Below, piece after piece: positions 1 through 10,979 of a DNA stretch of 64,000 nucleotides (within the stretch, counting starts at the first letter, position 1; every line of letters starts with the position of its first letter). This DNA is from an uncultured delta proteobacterium (GTDB lineage: Bacteria > Desulfobacterota > Binatia > UBA9968): assembly GCA_963840855.1 (NCBI GenBank), contig CAWJBB010000087.1, positions 64,001-128,000 on the forward strand, read 5' to 3'. Made by a program: the position numbers and the translations under genes. The notes beneath the pieces were generated by a model. The model worked only from the letters and a program-made list of their open reading frames with translations, had not been told where the DNA came from and did not search any database.

Positions 1-213
1 CTGAAATTCACGATGGCTGCTCAGAACGCGTCGAGTATTATTCTTCTGGCGACCTCGGAAACGAGAACACTGTCGTTGTTGGTGCTGGACCAAGTGGCGG
101 CCGGCTACCGCGAGGTAGCCAGCATTACGGTGATTTTCATCGTGCTGCTCACATTGGGGGTGGCCTTGGTGGCCAGATCGTTCGGGCTTAAAGTTGGTAT
201 TCGGGCGGAGTGA
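1..213 (+). CDS. 3' end of an ABC transporter permease (FbpB-like), partial; paralog of 9242..10979
   Basis: Translation (..AAQNASSIILLATSETRTLS..GIRAE) is identical to the C-terminus of the permease ending at 10979. Confidence 0.9.
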   Translation: MKFTMAAQNASSIILLATSETRTLSLLVLDQVAAGYREVASITVIFIVLLTLGVALVARSFGLKVGIRAE

Positions 214-371
214 TTACAGATATTAATCGGACGGTTGAAGATCGAGGATGGAAGCCTGTCCTGAGCGCAGTCGAAGGGATCGAATATTCAATATTGCGAT
301 CCTCTATCATCGATCCTCGATCCACATTTTCTAAGTGACGCTTCGTTAAGGGTCTGGCAAGGATCGAGCGC

Positions 372-1325
372 GTGAGTTTTTTGCGCATTCAAAACCTCTG
401 TAAAACCTTCGACCGCGTGGTCGCGGTTGATCGCATCAATCTCGAGATCGCCGAAGGCGAATTTTTCACTCTGCTCGGCTCCAGCGGATGCGGCAAGACG
501 ACGACCCTGCGCATGGTCGGAGGCCTGGAAAAACCCGACGGCGGTGAGATCCATCTGGGTGGTCAATGCCTGGTTTCCGGCGAGAAGAATCTATTTATCA
601 AACCGGAAAAGCGCAACATGGGCATGGTTTTTCAATCCTACGCCTTGTGGCCGCACATGACCGTATTTGAAAATGTCGTTTATCCGCTGAAATTGCGCGG
701 CATCAGGGGAAGCGCCGCGGAGAAAAAAGTCGCCGAAGTGCTTGAGCTGGTTGGGCTGGGAGGCCTGGAGGACCGGCCGGCGCCAGCATTGAGCGGCGGA
801 CAGCAACAGCGGGTAGCGCTCGCCCGGGCATTGGTATTCTCGCCGAAAGTGTTGTTGCTTGATGAACCGCTGAGCAATCTCGACGCGCAACTGCGCGAGG
901 AGATGCGCCGGGAGTTAAAAGCACTGCAGCAGCGTGTCAATGTCACGGTGATTTTTGTCACCCATGATCAAATCGAAGCGCTGAGTTTGTCCGATCGGAT
1001 CGCCATCATGAAGTTCGGCGTCCTCGAACAGGTCGGCACGCCGGTAGAAGTTTACTATCATCCGGCGACCCCGTTCGTGCGCGATTTTCTAGGGAAAACG
1101 TTTTTGCTTCCGGGCAAGGTCCAAAGCGCCACCGATCAGCTGATCAACGTGGAGATTCAGCAGCACGCCGCTACTCCGCTCGTTATCCAACGCAGGAGTG
1201 CCACTTTGTCCGACAACGGGTCTCTGGCCGTCGGTCAGTCCGTAATGGTCGCTATTCGTCCCGAGCAAGTCGAGTTGTGGGGGAGCTTGCCGGAGGGACG
1301 GGCCAACATGATTCAAGGGAATTTA
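372..1325 (+). pseudogene. ABC transporter ATPase (PotA/FbpC-like), C-terminally truncated and read in frame into the next gene
   Basis: Walker A GSSGCGKT, signature LSGGQQQR, Walker B LLLDEP; lacks the last ~53 aa present in the 11138..12253 copy. Confidence 0.85.
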
Positions 1326-1343
1326 ATAGCGAAGGAGAGAAAT

Positions 1344-2284
1344 ATGTCTGAGTACGCGACGATGGAAATTCGCGGGTTTTACCGGTCGCATTCGCATCTA
1401 CCCATTTGGGAAGTCATGGAGAAGGCGGGAATATGGGAACAAAACGGGCTAAAAGTAGGTTTCGAGTTCTGTGACAGCTCATCCGCGGCGGAAAAAGCGC
1501 TGTTCGGCGGCGGCGTCGATTTTGTTTCAGGCAATCACATCTCGCCGTACTTATTGGTCAAGCGCGGCCAGCCGATTGTCTGTCTTACCTCACCCTCGAA
1601 CACGACTAATGATAGGTTGGTGACGAACTTTCCGATCAAACGAGTCTCGGAGCTTCGTGGCAAGAAGATCGGCGACACCACATTGGTTGACTCCATTGGC
1701 GGCTATCATCACCCGCGCGGCAATCATATGCTCTACGTCATGGCCGGCGGCTTGCGCCTCGATGAAGTGGAATTCGTCGAGCTGACCGAATCGAACAATG
1801 AGTTTCGCGCGATGCAGATGGAGGTTCTCAAATCTCGCAAAGTCGATGCGATTTTTGTCACCGGCAACACGGAAAAGTTTGAGCAGGCTGGCATGACGGT
1901 CTTGCCCCTCGACCGGCTGCCTATGATCAACGGTCCGACGCTGACATCGACGCTCACGACGCTGCAGAAAAAAACCGGGCTCGCGGAACGGTTGGTAAAG
2001 GCGCAGGTGATGGGAATTCACTTCGCGCGCACCCGCCGGGGAGAAACCGAAGAAATTCTCGCAGGGCTCAGGCAAAGAGTGCCGGAGTGCAAGAACGTTC
2101 AGTATCGGAGCGTTTCGAAACTCCTGCCCAAGCCCTATCCGGACCACGAGGCGGTGGCGAACGCGTACAAGCTCTGTTGCTTGAAAAACCCGGAGGCCGA
2201 AGAGATGAGCCCCATGGCGTTGTGGGATCTACATTACCTGAGGGAGCTGGACAATTCTGGATTCATCGATGATTTATACAATAG
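1344..2284 (+). CDS. NitT/TauT/THI5-like substrate-binding-fold protein without signal peptide
   Basis: Own RBS (GAAGGAGA) and ATG at 1344; ELRGKKIG motif; C-terminal LWDLHYLRELDNSGFIDDLY; probable 1-nt loss near 2281 lets the ORF run into repeats up to 2567. Confidence 0.7.
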
Positions 2285-2304
2285 GATCCCGAGACATAAC
2301 CAGA

Positions 2305-2570
2305 GGACCTTGGCGTATTCCCGCCCTTCGGCAGGGCTCAGGACAAGCTCCAGCGAGAATCCAGAAGTCCCTGGATTCCGGCTCGCGCTTCCTCGCGAAA
2401 GCGGGGATCACGCCAGCTTGGCCGGAATGACGGGTAAGGATTTTCAAAGAACACACCGGAAGGGAAGTGGAGCGATTGCAGAGAGTCATTCCCGCGCATG
2501 CGGGAATCCAGGTTATTTCGTAGTTCAACCGGGGAAGGAACCTGGATGCCCGCTTTCGCGGGCATGACGC
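2305..2570. repeat. Cluster of REP-like palindromic elements
   Basis: GTCATTCCCGCGCATGCGGGAATCCAG ... CTGGATGCCCGCTTTCGCGGGCATGAC inverted pair, plus a CCCTTCGGCAGGGCTCAGGACAAG motif; related copy at 35105..35211. Confidence 0.8.
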
Positions 2571-2653
2571 AAGGGAATTATGCGACGCGGGGGGCGCCCG
2601 GGTTCGGCTGCCATCGCCCGGATTGACTTCGCATACCCCATTAGAAATATACT

Positions 2654-3820
2654 ATGGGCGCCCGCAGGTTTCATATGAGGAAGGTGAATATGATCGCATT
2701 GGCAGTGACAGTTCGGAGATTTTCTCAAGCAGCGCTGATGGTTGTTGGTTTGGTTTCGCTGGCCACCAGCGCATCCGCCCAATCCGATTGGCAAAAGGAG
2801 TGGGAAAAAACTCTTGCCGCGGCCAAGAAAGAGGGGCAGGTCAATATTTATATTTACCGCTACGAAGGACTGCTCCAGGACTTCAGGCGCGACTATCCAG
2901 GCATTAACGTGGTCTCCGTCACGGGCAGGGGCAACGAGATGACCAATCGGATCATGGCGGAACGGCGGGCAGGCAAGTTCATCGCCGATGTTTATAGCGG
3001 CGGGACGAACAGTCTTTACAACACTTTATATAAGGGTAAGGCGCTCGATCCGCTCAAACCGGCGCTGATGCTGCCCGAGGTCACGGATACTTCAAAATGG
3101 TACGGTAACGAGCATCGTTACGCCGACCCGGAGAACAAATACATTTTTGCTTTCATCGGCAGCCCGAGTAACGCCCAGTTGGCGTACAACACGAATCTGG
3201 TCAACCCCAAAGAATTCAAATCTTACCAGGATGTCATTAATCCCAAGTGGAAGGGCAAGATCGTCTCGCTGGACCCGCGCGACACGGGGCTGGGCGCGAC
3301 GATGCAATTTTACTATTACAGTCCGGAGATCGGGCCGGAGTTCATGAGGAAGTTTTTCGGCGGCATGGATATTACATACGTTAAGAATTTTCGCCAGATG
3401 ACCGATTGGCTAGCGCAGGGAAAATTTGCTATCTGCATGGGTTGTAAGGACTCCATGAGGGCCAAGAACCAGGGGCTTCCGGTGGATGATTTCGATACCA
3501 ACCGGTGGAAGGAAGGGTCGAGCTTTTCGGCGGGCGGCGGCTCGCTCGGCTTGATGAATCAGGCGCCACACCCAAACGCCGCGAAAGTTTTTATCAATTG
3601 GTTCCTCTCGCGCAAGGGGCAGATTGCTCTGCAAAGGCTTGGCGACGTGGATGATCCTGCCAACTCGCGGCGGATCGATATTCCCAAGGACGATCTTCCG
3701 CCGGACGCGCGGATGCAGCCGGGAGTCAAGTATTTCGATGTTGTAAAACCCGAATATGGTGATATGAAACCGATTTTCGACCTGGCGAAAGAAATCATGG
3801 CGGGAGTGGAAAAAAGATAG
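2654..3820 (+). CDS. ABC extracellular solute-binding protein (Fe3+/thiamine/polyamine-like family)
   Basis: Signal-peptide-like N-terminus, AAKKEGQV, LAYNTNLV, APHPNAAKVFINWFLS; true start may be a downstream Met. Confidence 0.85.
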   Translation: MGARRFHMRKVNMIALAVTVRRFSQAALMVVGLVSLATSASAQSDWQKEWEKTLAAAKKEGQVNIYIYRYEGLLQDFRRDYPGINVVSVTGRGNEMTNRIMAERRAGKFIADVYSGGTNSLYNTLYKGKALDPLKPALMLPEVTDTSKWYGNEHRYADPENKYIFAFIGSPSNAQLAYNTNLVNPKEFKSYQDVINPKWKGKIVSLDPRDTGLGATMQFYYYSPEIGPEFMRKFFGGMDITYVKNFRQMTDWLAQGKFAICMGCKDSMRAKNQGLPVDDFDTNRWKEGSSFSAGGGSLGLMNQAPHPNAAKVFINWFLSRKGQIALQRLGDVDDPANSRRIDIPKDDLPPDARMQPGVKYFDVVKPEYGDMKPIFDLAKEIMAGVEKR

Positions 3821-3845
3821 GGTTCTTCACTGGAACAGGGGATTT

Positions 3846-3960
3846 ACTCGCGCCGAGGCGCAAAGTACGCCAAGTTCGGAGGGGAAAGATGAATAGTCTA
3901 TCAGAAAAGTTTCACCGTTATCGTCCGACCTTTGCGGCCTTGGCGCCTTTGCGCGAGATA
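3846..3960. repeat. Intergenic inverted repeat (CGCCGAGGCGCAAAG.. / ..CTTGGCGCCTTTGCGCGAG)
   Basis: Imperfect inverted arms between the SBP and Rieske genes. Confidence 0.65.
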
Positions 3961-4052
3961 TTCTGAATTTCGGTTGCGGCCCTGCCGCGCTGGGCTCTGT
4001 GGTGAATACGCCTTCACTGGAAACCCAGAAGAGCCAAAAATAGGAGCGCAAT

Positions 4053-5222
4053 ATGCTCACACGCGAAGAAAATGAGATGTTGACGCGAGTCGGGCGCGGC
4101 ACACCGGCGGGCGAAATGCTGCGGCGCTACTGGATGCCGGTTGCGTGCGCCGGAGAGCTTACCGATGAGAAGCCGATTAAAGCCTTTCGGCATTTGGGTG
4201 AGAATCTCGTTGTCTTTCGCGACAAGAAGGGGCGCTATGGCGTTGTCGCGGAGCAGTGCTCGCATCGCAAAGCTTCACTGGCTTTTGGCCGCGTCGATGA
4301 AGAAGGAATTCGCTGTCCCTATCACGGCTGGAAGTATGACTGCACGGGAAGATGCCTGGAGCAGCCTGCCGAGCCTGAAGAGGGCGGGTTTAAGGATAAG
4401 ATCAAACAGACGGCGTATCCGGCGGAGAGGTTAGGCGGATTGATATGGGCTTACTTGGGACCGGAGCCGAGACCGTTGCTGCCGCGCTGGGATGTGTTGG
4501 TGTGGGAGGATGGCAAACGCTGGATCGAAAAGCACGAGATCTATAATTGCAACTGGCTCCAGCCGATGGAGAACTCGGTGGACCCGTCGCATCTCTTTTG
4601 GCTGCACGGCGATACGGCGCACCTGGTCGGCACTACCGTGGATCACTACGAGGAAGAGCATAACTTCATCCCGTTCGAATACGGCATCATCAAACAGCGG
4701 CGTACTCCGGGCAGAAAGCCCGGTGAAGGTCCCAAGCTCGATCAACATCCGCTGGTTTTTCCAATCACGCTGCGACATGTTTTCCGCGCGCTAAAGACCG
4801 ACGGATTGTTTCGCCACAACTTGCAGATACGCGTGCCCGTGGACGACGCGCACACGCAGGTTTTCGTAGTCTATTTTACGCCCAATGACACCGATCGCTC
4901 GCCCGCCGACGCCGATACGCCGTGGGAGTATTTTCCGATTCGGGATGAGAAAGGTGAGTATCGTCTCGAGCATGTGCTGGTGCAGGACGCGATGGCGTGG
5001 GAAACCCAGGGGGCCCCTACCGACCGCACGCAGGAACATCTCGGCGTCGGCGACGAAGGAGTTATCCTGTTGCGCAAAATCGTGCGCGAGCAGATCGAGA
5101 TCGTGCGCAAAGGCGGCGAACCTCTCGGCATCGTGCGCGATGCTAGTAAAAATCAGTTGATCGAGTTCGACGTGATCAACGAACGCGTCGGTCTATTTGG
5201 CCGGCAGCAGAAGGTGGCGTAA
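4053..5222 (+). CDS. Rieske non-heme iron oxygenase alpha subunit (phthalate 4,5-dioxygenase/LigX-like)
   Basis: CSHR..CPYHGW Rieske ligands; ENSVDPSHLFWLH mononuclear Fe motif; QD in the C-terminal region. Confidence 0.9.
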   Translation: MLTREENEMLTRVGRGTPAGEMLRRYWMPVACAGELTDEKPIKAFRHLGENLVVFRDKKGRYGVVAEQCSHRKASLAFGRVDEEGIRCPYHGWKYDCTGRCLEQPAEPEEGGFKDKIKQTAYPAERLGGLIWAYLGPEPRPLLPRWDVLVWEDGKRWIEKHEIYNCNWLQPMENSVDPSHLFWLHGDTAHLVGTTVDHYEEEHNFIPFEYGIIKQRRTPGRKPGEGPKLDQHPLVFPITLRHVFRALKTDGLFRHNLQIRVPVDDAHTQVFVVYFTPNDTDRSPADADTPWEYFPIRDEKGEYRLEHVLVQDAMAWETQGAPTDRTQEHLGVGDEGVILLRKIVREQIEIVRKGGEPLGIVRDASKNQLIEFDVINERVGLFGRQQKVA

Positions 5223-5235
5223 GCGCGCGCGCCGC

Positions 5236-5385
5236 GCGCGGTTCAAGGTTCCGGGTTCAAGGTTCAAAGTGGCGCCTGCGGCGCGGTTCAAGGTTCCGGG
5301 TTCAAGGTTCAATGTCCCGTCCCCACCTTGAACTTTGAACCTTGAACGTTGAACAGGCGAAGCCATTGAACATTGAACGTTGAAC
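5236..5385. repeat. Heptamer (GGTTCAA) tandem repeats followed by inverted (TTGAACC) arm
   Basis: Visible runs, including a duplicated GCGCGGTTCAAGGTTCCGGGTTCAAGGTTCAA block. Confidence 0.85.
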
Positions 5386-5411
5386 CACACTATCCCCAGG
5401 AGGTATTTCTT

Positions 5412-6515
5412 ATGGCAACTGACCAGCGGCCGGATGATTTAAAACCCGGCAGAACCGACACCTACAAAGAATGGCAGGCGGCGCAGAACATCCCGGTGAT
5501 TGGCGGCTTTTTTGTCAAGGACGTCAACCAAGTTGAATTGGCGCCTTGGGACCTAAAAGGCGGCAACGCGGCGTTCGTGGTTCTCGACGGCACCGGCGGC
5601 GTGAACGACGCGCAGATCGTGGAGATCGCGCCCGGTGGCAAACTTAAACCGCAGAAACATCTCTACGAAGAAATGGTTTACGTGACCAAGGGGGTTGGCG
5701 CGACGACCGTATGGCAAAAGGACGGCAACAAAAAACACACTTTTGAATGGGGGCCGGGAAGCCTTTTCGCCATTCCGCTCAACTCGCGCTACCAGCACTT
5801 CAACGCCAGCGGCACCGACACCGCGCGGTATTTTTCCGTGACCAACTGCTGTTTCATGGTCAATCTGTTTCACAACGTGGAATTTGTTTTCGGCGACGAG
5901 TGGGAATTTCTCGATCGTTTCGACCCCCGCAGCGAAGGCTATTTCAGCGGCAAGGGCGAGGTTTTCGGGCGATTCTTCATGACGACGAATTTTGTCCCGG
6001 ACACGCACACCATCGGGCTTGCCGACTACAAAGAGCGGGGCAAGGGCAGCACGAACATGAAGTTCGATCTCGCCAAGAACACCATGGGCGCGCATATCTC
6101 CGAGTTTCCCGTGGGCACCTATAAGAAAGGTCACCGGCATGGTCCCGGCGCCCACGTGATCATTCTCAGCGGCCAGGGATATTCGACCCTCTGGCCGGAG
6201 GGCGACGAGATGCGCCGCGTGGACTGGGGGCCAGGCAGCGTTGTCGTGCCGCCCGACCAGTGGTTCCACCAGCATTTCAATTCCGGCGCCAAGCCGGCGC
6301 GCTATCTCGCGCTGCGCTGGAACAATTGGCGTTTCCGCTTCATGCGCATGCAAGACGGCGAAGGCAGCACCTACACCAGCGTCAAGCAGGGCGGCGGCCA
6401 GATCGAGTTCGAAGACGAAGACCCTGCGGTACACCGCGACTTCGAAGCGGCGATGCGGAAAGTCGGCGCTAAGTGCGCGATGGGCTCGTATCATCCGGGT
6501 TGCACGGTCAAGTAG
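5412..6515 (+). CDS. Bicupin protein (gentisate 1,2-dioxygenase-like fold)
   Basis: Two cupin motifs: QKHLYEE..HFN and GHRHGPGAH..WFHQHFN; RBS AGGAGG upstream. Confidence 0.8.
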   Translation: MATDQRPDDLKPGRTDTYKEWQAAQNIPVIGGFFVKDVNQVELAPWDLKGGNAAFVVLDGTGGVNDAQIVEIAPGGKLKPQKHLYEEMVYVTKGVGATTVWQKDGNKKHTFEWGPGSLFAIPLNSRYQHFNASGTDTARYFSVTNCCFMVNLFHNVEFVFGDEWEFLDRFDPRSEGYFSGKGEVFGRFFMTTNFVPDTHTIGLADYKERGKGSTNMKFDLAKNTMGAHISEFPVGTYKKGHRHGPGAHVIILSGQGYSTLWPEGDEMRRVDWGPGSVVVPPDQWFHQHFNSGAKPARYLALRWNNWRFRFMRMQDGEGSTYTSVKQGGGQIEFEDEDPAVHRDFEAAMRKVGAKCAMGSYHPGCTVK

Positions 6516-6533
6516 TCGCGCGTGGCTACTGCT

Positions 6534-6662
6534 GTTCAAGGTTCCATGCTTCGTCTGTTCAAAGTTCAAGGTTCAAAGTTCAAGGTTGAGGACGACTAAT
6601 TGAACCTTGAACATGGAACCTTGAACAGCGCCGCACGCCACGTTGGACCTTGAACTTTGAAC
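6534..6662. repeat. Heptamer GGTTCAA/TTGAACC inverted repeat array
   Basis: GTTCAAAGTTCAAGGTTCAAAGTTCAAGG ... TTGAACCTTGAACATGGAACCTTGAAC. Confidence 0.85.
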
Positions 6663-6723
6663 CAGTAATCACAGGTCCATTGCCTTCGAGCGGCGGGTTC
6701 GCGCCTCGATTTGCCGAGTTGAT

Positions 6724-7864
6724 ATGATCGCGTCCAGCAGAATCATTTTTCTCACTCTCGCGTTTCTGCACGCGCTTGCGCCCGCGGCGTTTGCCGCCGA
6801 TGCGACTTTACAGCGGGAACAAGAATGGAACCGCGCGGTGCGCGCGGCGGAGCAGGAGGGAGAGATCGTCCTTTCCGCGCTGAGCGAAGTTGGAGAAGTG
6901 TTTACCCACGGCGGGTTCCAGAAGAAATTTCCCAAGATCAAACTGAACGTCGTGCCCGCTCGCGGCGGCGATCAGGTCACGAGAATCATGGCTGAACGAC
7001 GCGCGGGGAAGTTTCTCGTTGACGTCGGGAATATGGGCAATACCTCGCCCTACCGCCTCTATCAAGCCAGGGTGCTCGATCCGATCGCATCCGCGTTTCT
7101 CATCCCCGAAGTCGAAGACGAATCCAAGTGGTGGCAAGGAAAACACCAATTCATCGATCCGGAAGGCAAGTATATCTTCGTGTACGTCGCCGCGCCGCTT
7201 TATTTAGTCGGCTATAACACTAAGCTCGTAAATCCCAGCGAGTTCAAGTCTTATTGGGATTTGCTCAACCCTAAGTGGAAGGGAAAAATCGTCGTCTTCG
7301 ATCTGCAAGCCGGCGGCTTCGCCGCGACGCGGGACCGTTTCTTCTATCATCATCCCGAGTTGGGAGCGGATTTTCTCACCAGGCTTCACAGCGAGATGGA
7401 TGTCACGCTTTACCGGCGCTATCCTCAGGGCGAAGACTGGCTCGCCGCCGGAAAGTACAGTTTGTGTCTCTGCCGCCACCAGTCGATCAGTGAAGCTAAA
7501 AGCCAGGGGTTGCCGGTGGATCTGGTCGAGCCTTCGCGCGTTTAAAGAAGGTATCGGCATTGAAACCCGCGCCAAGACCCTCGTTCTGATGAACAAGCCG
7601 CCGCATCCGAATGCGGCGAAGGTTTTCATCTCGTGGTTTTTGTCGCGCGAAGGGCAAATCGATTTTCAGAAAACCTCCGCGAAATTTACCGACGCGGGCG
7701 CCGAGGGTTCGCTGAGAATGGATATTCCGAAGGATGACATTCCGGCGCGCAACCGGATCCATGCCGGAGGGAAATACCTTCCACAGTGGAATCCCGAGCA
7801 TTTCGAGATGAAACCCATCATCCAGCTTATCAGCCAGGCGCAAGCCAAAGCCAAAAAGCAGTGA
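6724..7864 (+). CDS. ABC extracellular solute-binding protein (frameshift near 7540)
   Basis: Paralog of 2654..3820; ORFs 6724..7545 and 7400..7864 join into one protein (PPHPNAAKVFISWFLS). Confidence 0.8.
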
Positions 7865-7883
7865 GTGGAACAAAGGAGTCATT

Positions 7884-9134
7884 ATGCTGAGCCACGAGGA
7901 AAACGATTTTCTTACGCGGGTGGGCCGCGGCACTCCCATGGGAGATCTGCTGCGGCGCTATTGGTACCCGGTGGCGGCAAGCTCAGAGCTGATCGATCGC
8001 CCGGTAAAGGCCGTGAAAATTCTCGGGGAAAACTTGGTTCTTTTTCGCGACAAGCAGGGTCGGCCCGGACTGGTCGGATCACAATGCGCGCACCGGCGCA
8101 TGTCGATGGCCTTCGGCATTCCGCAAAACGAAGGGCTCCGCTGCGCCTACCACGGCTGGCTCTATGGCCGTGATGGAAAGTGTTTGGAGCAGCCCTACGA
8201 GCAGGCGGAAGATCCGCAGAGCACGTTTAAAGACCGCGTTACCATTCCCGCTTACCCCGTTCAGGAACTCGGCGGATTGCTCTTCGCGTACCTGGGGCCC
8301 CGGCCCGCGCCGCTCTTGCCGCGCTGGGATCTATTCGTTCGTGAAGGCGTCTTGCGCGACATCGGCTCAGCGGTGATTCCGTGCAACTGGCTGCAAATCA
8401 TGGAAAACTCCCTCGACCCCGTTCACGTCGAGTGGCTGCACCAGCACTTCTTCAATCACGTTCAGGAACGGCTTGGTCGCTCGGATGCCATCAAAGGCAA
8501 GCCGGTGAAACACCAGAAGATCGCCTTCCGGGTGTTCGAGCACGGCATCATCAAAAACCGCTTGCTCGAGGGCGAAACCGAAGACAACGAAGACTGGAAA
8601 GTGGGACATCCGGTGCTTTTCCCCAACATTCTTCTGAGCGGCAGTACGCAGCGGCCCACGTTCCAAATACGCATTCCGGTCGACGACACGCACACACGGC
8701 ATATCTGGTACACCTGTTATGCGCGGGACGATGTCAAAGAACCGCAGGAGGTTGTGCCGTATTACGAAGTGCCGGTGCCAAGCGTCGACAAGGACGGCGA
8801 ACCGGAGTGGGCGCTGCTCGACAATAACAGCGGCGAAGACATCGCGGCGTGGGTGACGCAAGGTGAGATCGCCGACCGGTCGGAGGAAAGACTCGGGCTT
8901 TCGGACAAAGGGATCATTCTTTATCGCCAATTGTTGAAACAAGAGTGTGAAAAAATGCAGCGCGGGGAAGATCCGATAAACGTCTTTCGCGATCCGGCGA
9001 AAAACGTTTTTCTCAAGCTCCGCCTCGAAGACGCCAAACTCAACAGCGGCAGCTTCCGCGCCGGCCCGCGCCGGCAAGGCGGGGCGACGAAATATAGCCC
9101 GGTTCTTGATCAGGAACAGCAGGATGCAAAATAA
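7884..9134 (+). CDS. Rieske oxygenase alpha subunit
   Basis: CAHR..CAYHGW; ENSLDPVHVEWLH. Confidence 0.9.
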   Translation: MLSHEENDFLTRVGRGTPMGDLLRRYWYPVAASSELIDRPVKAVKILGENLVLFRDKQGRPGLVGSQCAHRRMSMAFGIPQNEGLRCAYHGWLYGRDGKCLEQPYEQAEDPQSTFKDRVTIPAYPVQELGGLLFAYLGPRPAPLLPRWDLFVREGVLRDIGSAVIPCNWLQIMENSLDPVHVEWLHQHFFNHVQERLGRSDAIKGKPVKHQKIAFRVFEHGIIKNRLLEGETEDNEDWKVGHPVLFPNILLSGSTQRPTFQIRIPVDDTHTRHIWYTCYARDDVKEPQEVVPYYEVPVPSVDKDGEPEWALLDNNSGEDIAAWVTQGEIADRSEERLGLSDKGIILYRQLLKQECEKMQRGEDPINVFRDPAKNVFLKLRLEDAKLNSGSFRAGPRRQGGATKYSPVLDQEQQDAK

Positions 9135-9241
9135 CCGTTCCAATCGTTCCAGGGGTTCCAGTAGTTCCAATCGTGGTCCCATGGGCGCTTGATCTAAGCG
9201 CCCAGGTAAGATATCAATTCAGCCGCGTAAGGGGGGTCACT

Positions 9242-10979
9242 ATGTCGAGGTCAGAAACAGCAGCCATCGGCAAGCTTGCCGGATGGTCGTTCTTCCGATT
9301 GGACAGCGGCACCGCCCTGATGACGGTGCTCATCGGCTTCATGGGATTTTACGTTTGCTATCCTTTGATCTTGATTATCATTAACAGTTTTAACACCGCC
9401 ACCATCGCCGAGCCTGAGGTTTACGGCCTGAAAGCTTGGAAAGAGGCGTTTAACGAACCCGGCATTTGGCGCTCTCTTTGGAACAGCGTAAAAATCGGCA
9501 TCGTCCTGCAAATAATTGCCCTGCCGAGCGGTATTTTCGTCTCCTGGTTGCTGGCGCGCACGAATATTTATTTCGCCAACGCCTTTGAATTCGGCTTTTG
9601 GGTCTCGTTTTTTCTGCCGAATCTCGCCACTACCTTCGGTTGGATGTTGCTGCTCGATCCGAGCACGGGTTTGATCAACAATTGGCTGCGCAGCGTGCCC
9701 TTTCTCGGAGGACTGAACTTCGACATATATACCTTTTGGGGGATTATCTGGGCGCACATCATGGCCAACGCCATTTCCACCAAAGTCATGCTCATGACGC
9801 CGGCGTTCCGGCGCATGGACGCCTCAATGGAAGAAGCGAGCCGGATGTCCGGCGCGAGCGCGCTGACGACGATGCTGCGCATCACCGTGCCGGCCATGAC
9901 GCCGGTGATTGTGGTCGTGTTCCTGCTCAGCGTGATCCGCATCTTCAGCAGCTTTGAAACCGAGCTGTTGCTCGGCGTGCCCTGGGGCTTTTATGTTTAT
10001 GCCACGAAGATCGTCGATCTCGCCCGCCAGGAACCGCCGCTGGTCAATCAAGCGGCGGCGCTGGGCAGTGTCATCCTGGTTTTTCTCGTCCTCTTCATTC
10101 CGATCCAACGCCGGCTCATCGCGCGCCGGCAATTCACCACGGTGACCGGCCAATTCAAACCCAAAATAATCGATCTCGGCGTGTGGCGTATTCCGGCGAC
10201 GCTATTCGTCGGCTTCGTTGTCTTCTTGTTGACTGTGGTGCCAATTCTCAGCGTATTCGGCGGCAGTTTCATGACCCGCTTTGGTTTTTTCAATCTCCCG
10301 AAAACCTGGACGATGGAATATTGGAGGATGGCGCTGAGCCGATCCGCGAATTATTCAAGGTCTGCAAAATACTCTAATCACCGCTTGTAGCGCCGCTATC
10401 TTCGGGGCGTTCTTCTTTTCTCTCGTGGGCTACGTCCTGGTGCGGACTAAATATCCGGGACGGGGGATCCTCGATTCAATTTGCTGGTTGCCGTCGGCTA
10501 TTCCGGGCGTGCTCTCCGGTCTTGGTCTGCTCTGGATGTTTCTCGGCACGCCTTTTTTCCGGCCCTTCTACGGGACTCTTTTCCTCTTGGTCATTGCGGT
10601 CGTCCTGGGCGGAATCACGCTATCGACACAGATTCTCAAGGCTAACTTCGTTCAGTTGGGCCAAGAGTTGGAGGAAGCGAGCCGGATGTCCGGGGCCGGC
10701 TTCTGGCGCACCTATTTCACAGTGGTCTTCCCGCTGATGGCGCAGACCATGGTGTTGGTGGCCGTGTTGAAATTCACGATGGCTGCTCAGAACGCGTCGA
10801 GTATTATTCTTCTGGCGACCTCGGAAACGAGAACACTGTCGTTGTTGGTGCTTGACCAAGTGGCGGCCGGCTACCGCGAGGTAGCCAGCATTACGGTGAT
10901 TTTCATCGTGCTGCTCACATTGGGCGTGGCCTTGGTGGCCAGGTCGTTCGGGCTTAAAGTTGGTATTCGGGCGGAGTGA
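9242..10979 (+). CDS. ABC transporter permease, two-repeat FbpB-like (frameshift near 10340)
   Basis: Many TM segments, two EAA loops (MEEASRMSGA, LEEASRMSGA); split over ORFs 9173..10390 and 10425..10979. Confidence 0.85.

Larger units (their letters stand above)
1..1325 (+). repeat. Diverged direct duplication, copy 1 (copy 2 = 10767..12091)
   Basis: Colinear at a constant offset of 10766 nt with scattered, mostly synonymous substitutions; similarity stops abruptly after ...ATTCAAGGGAATTTA. Confidence 0.95.

Noticed and set aside
2285-2567. C-terminal extension of the 731-aa ORF as a real domain
   Set aside because: It translates REP-like palindromic DNA; the paralog at 40214 ends at the equivalent position and one extra A near 2281 would give a stop
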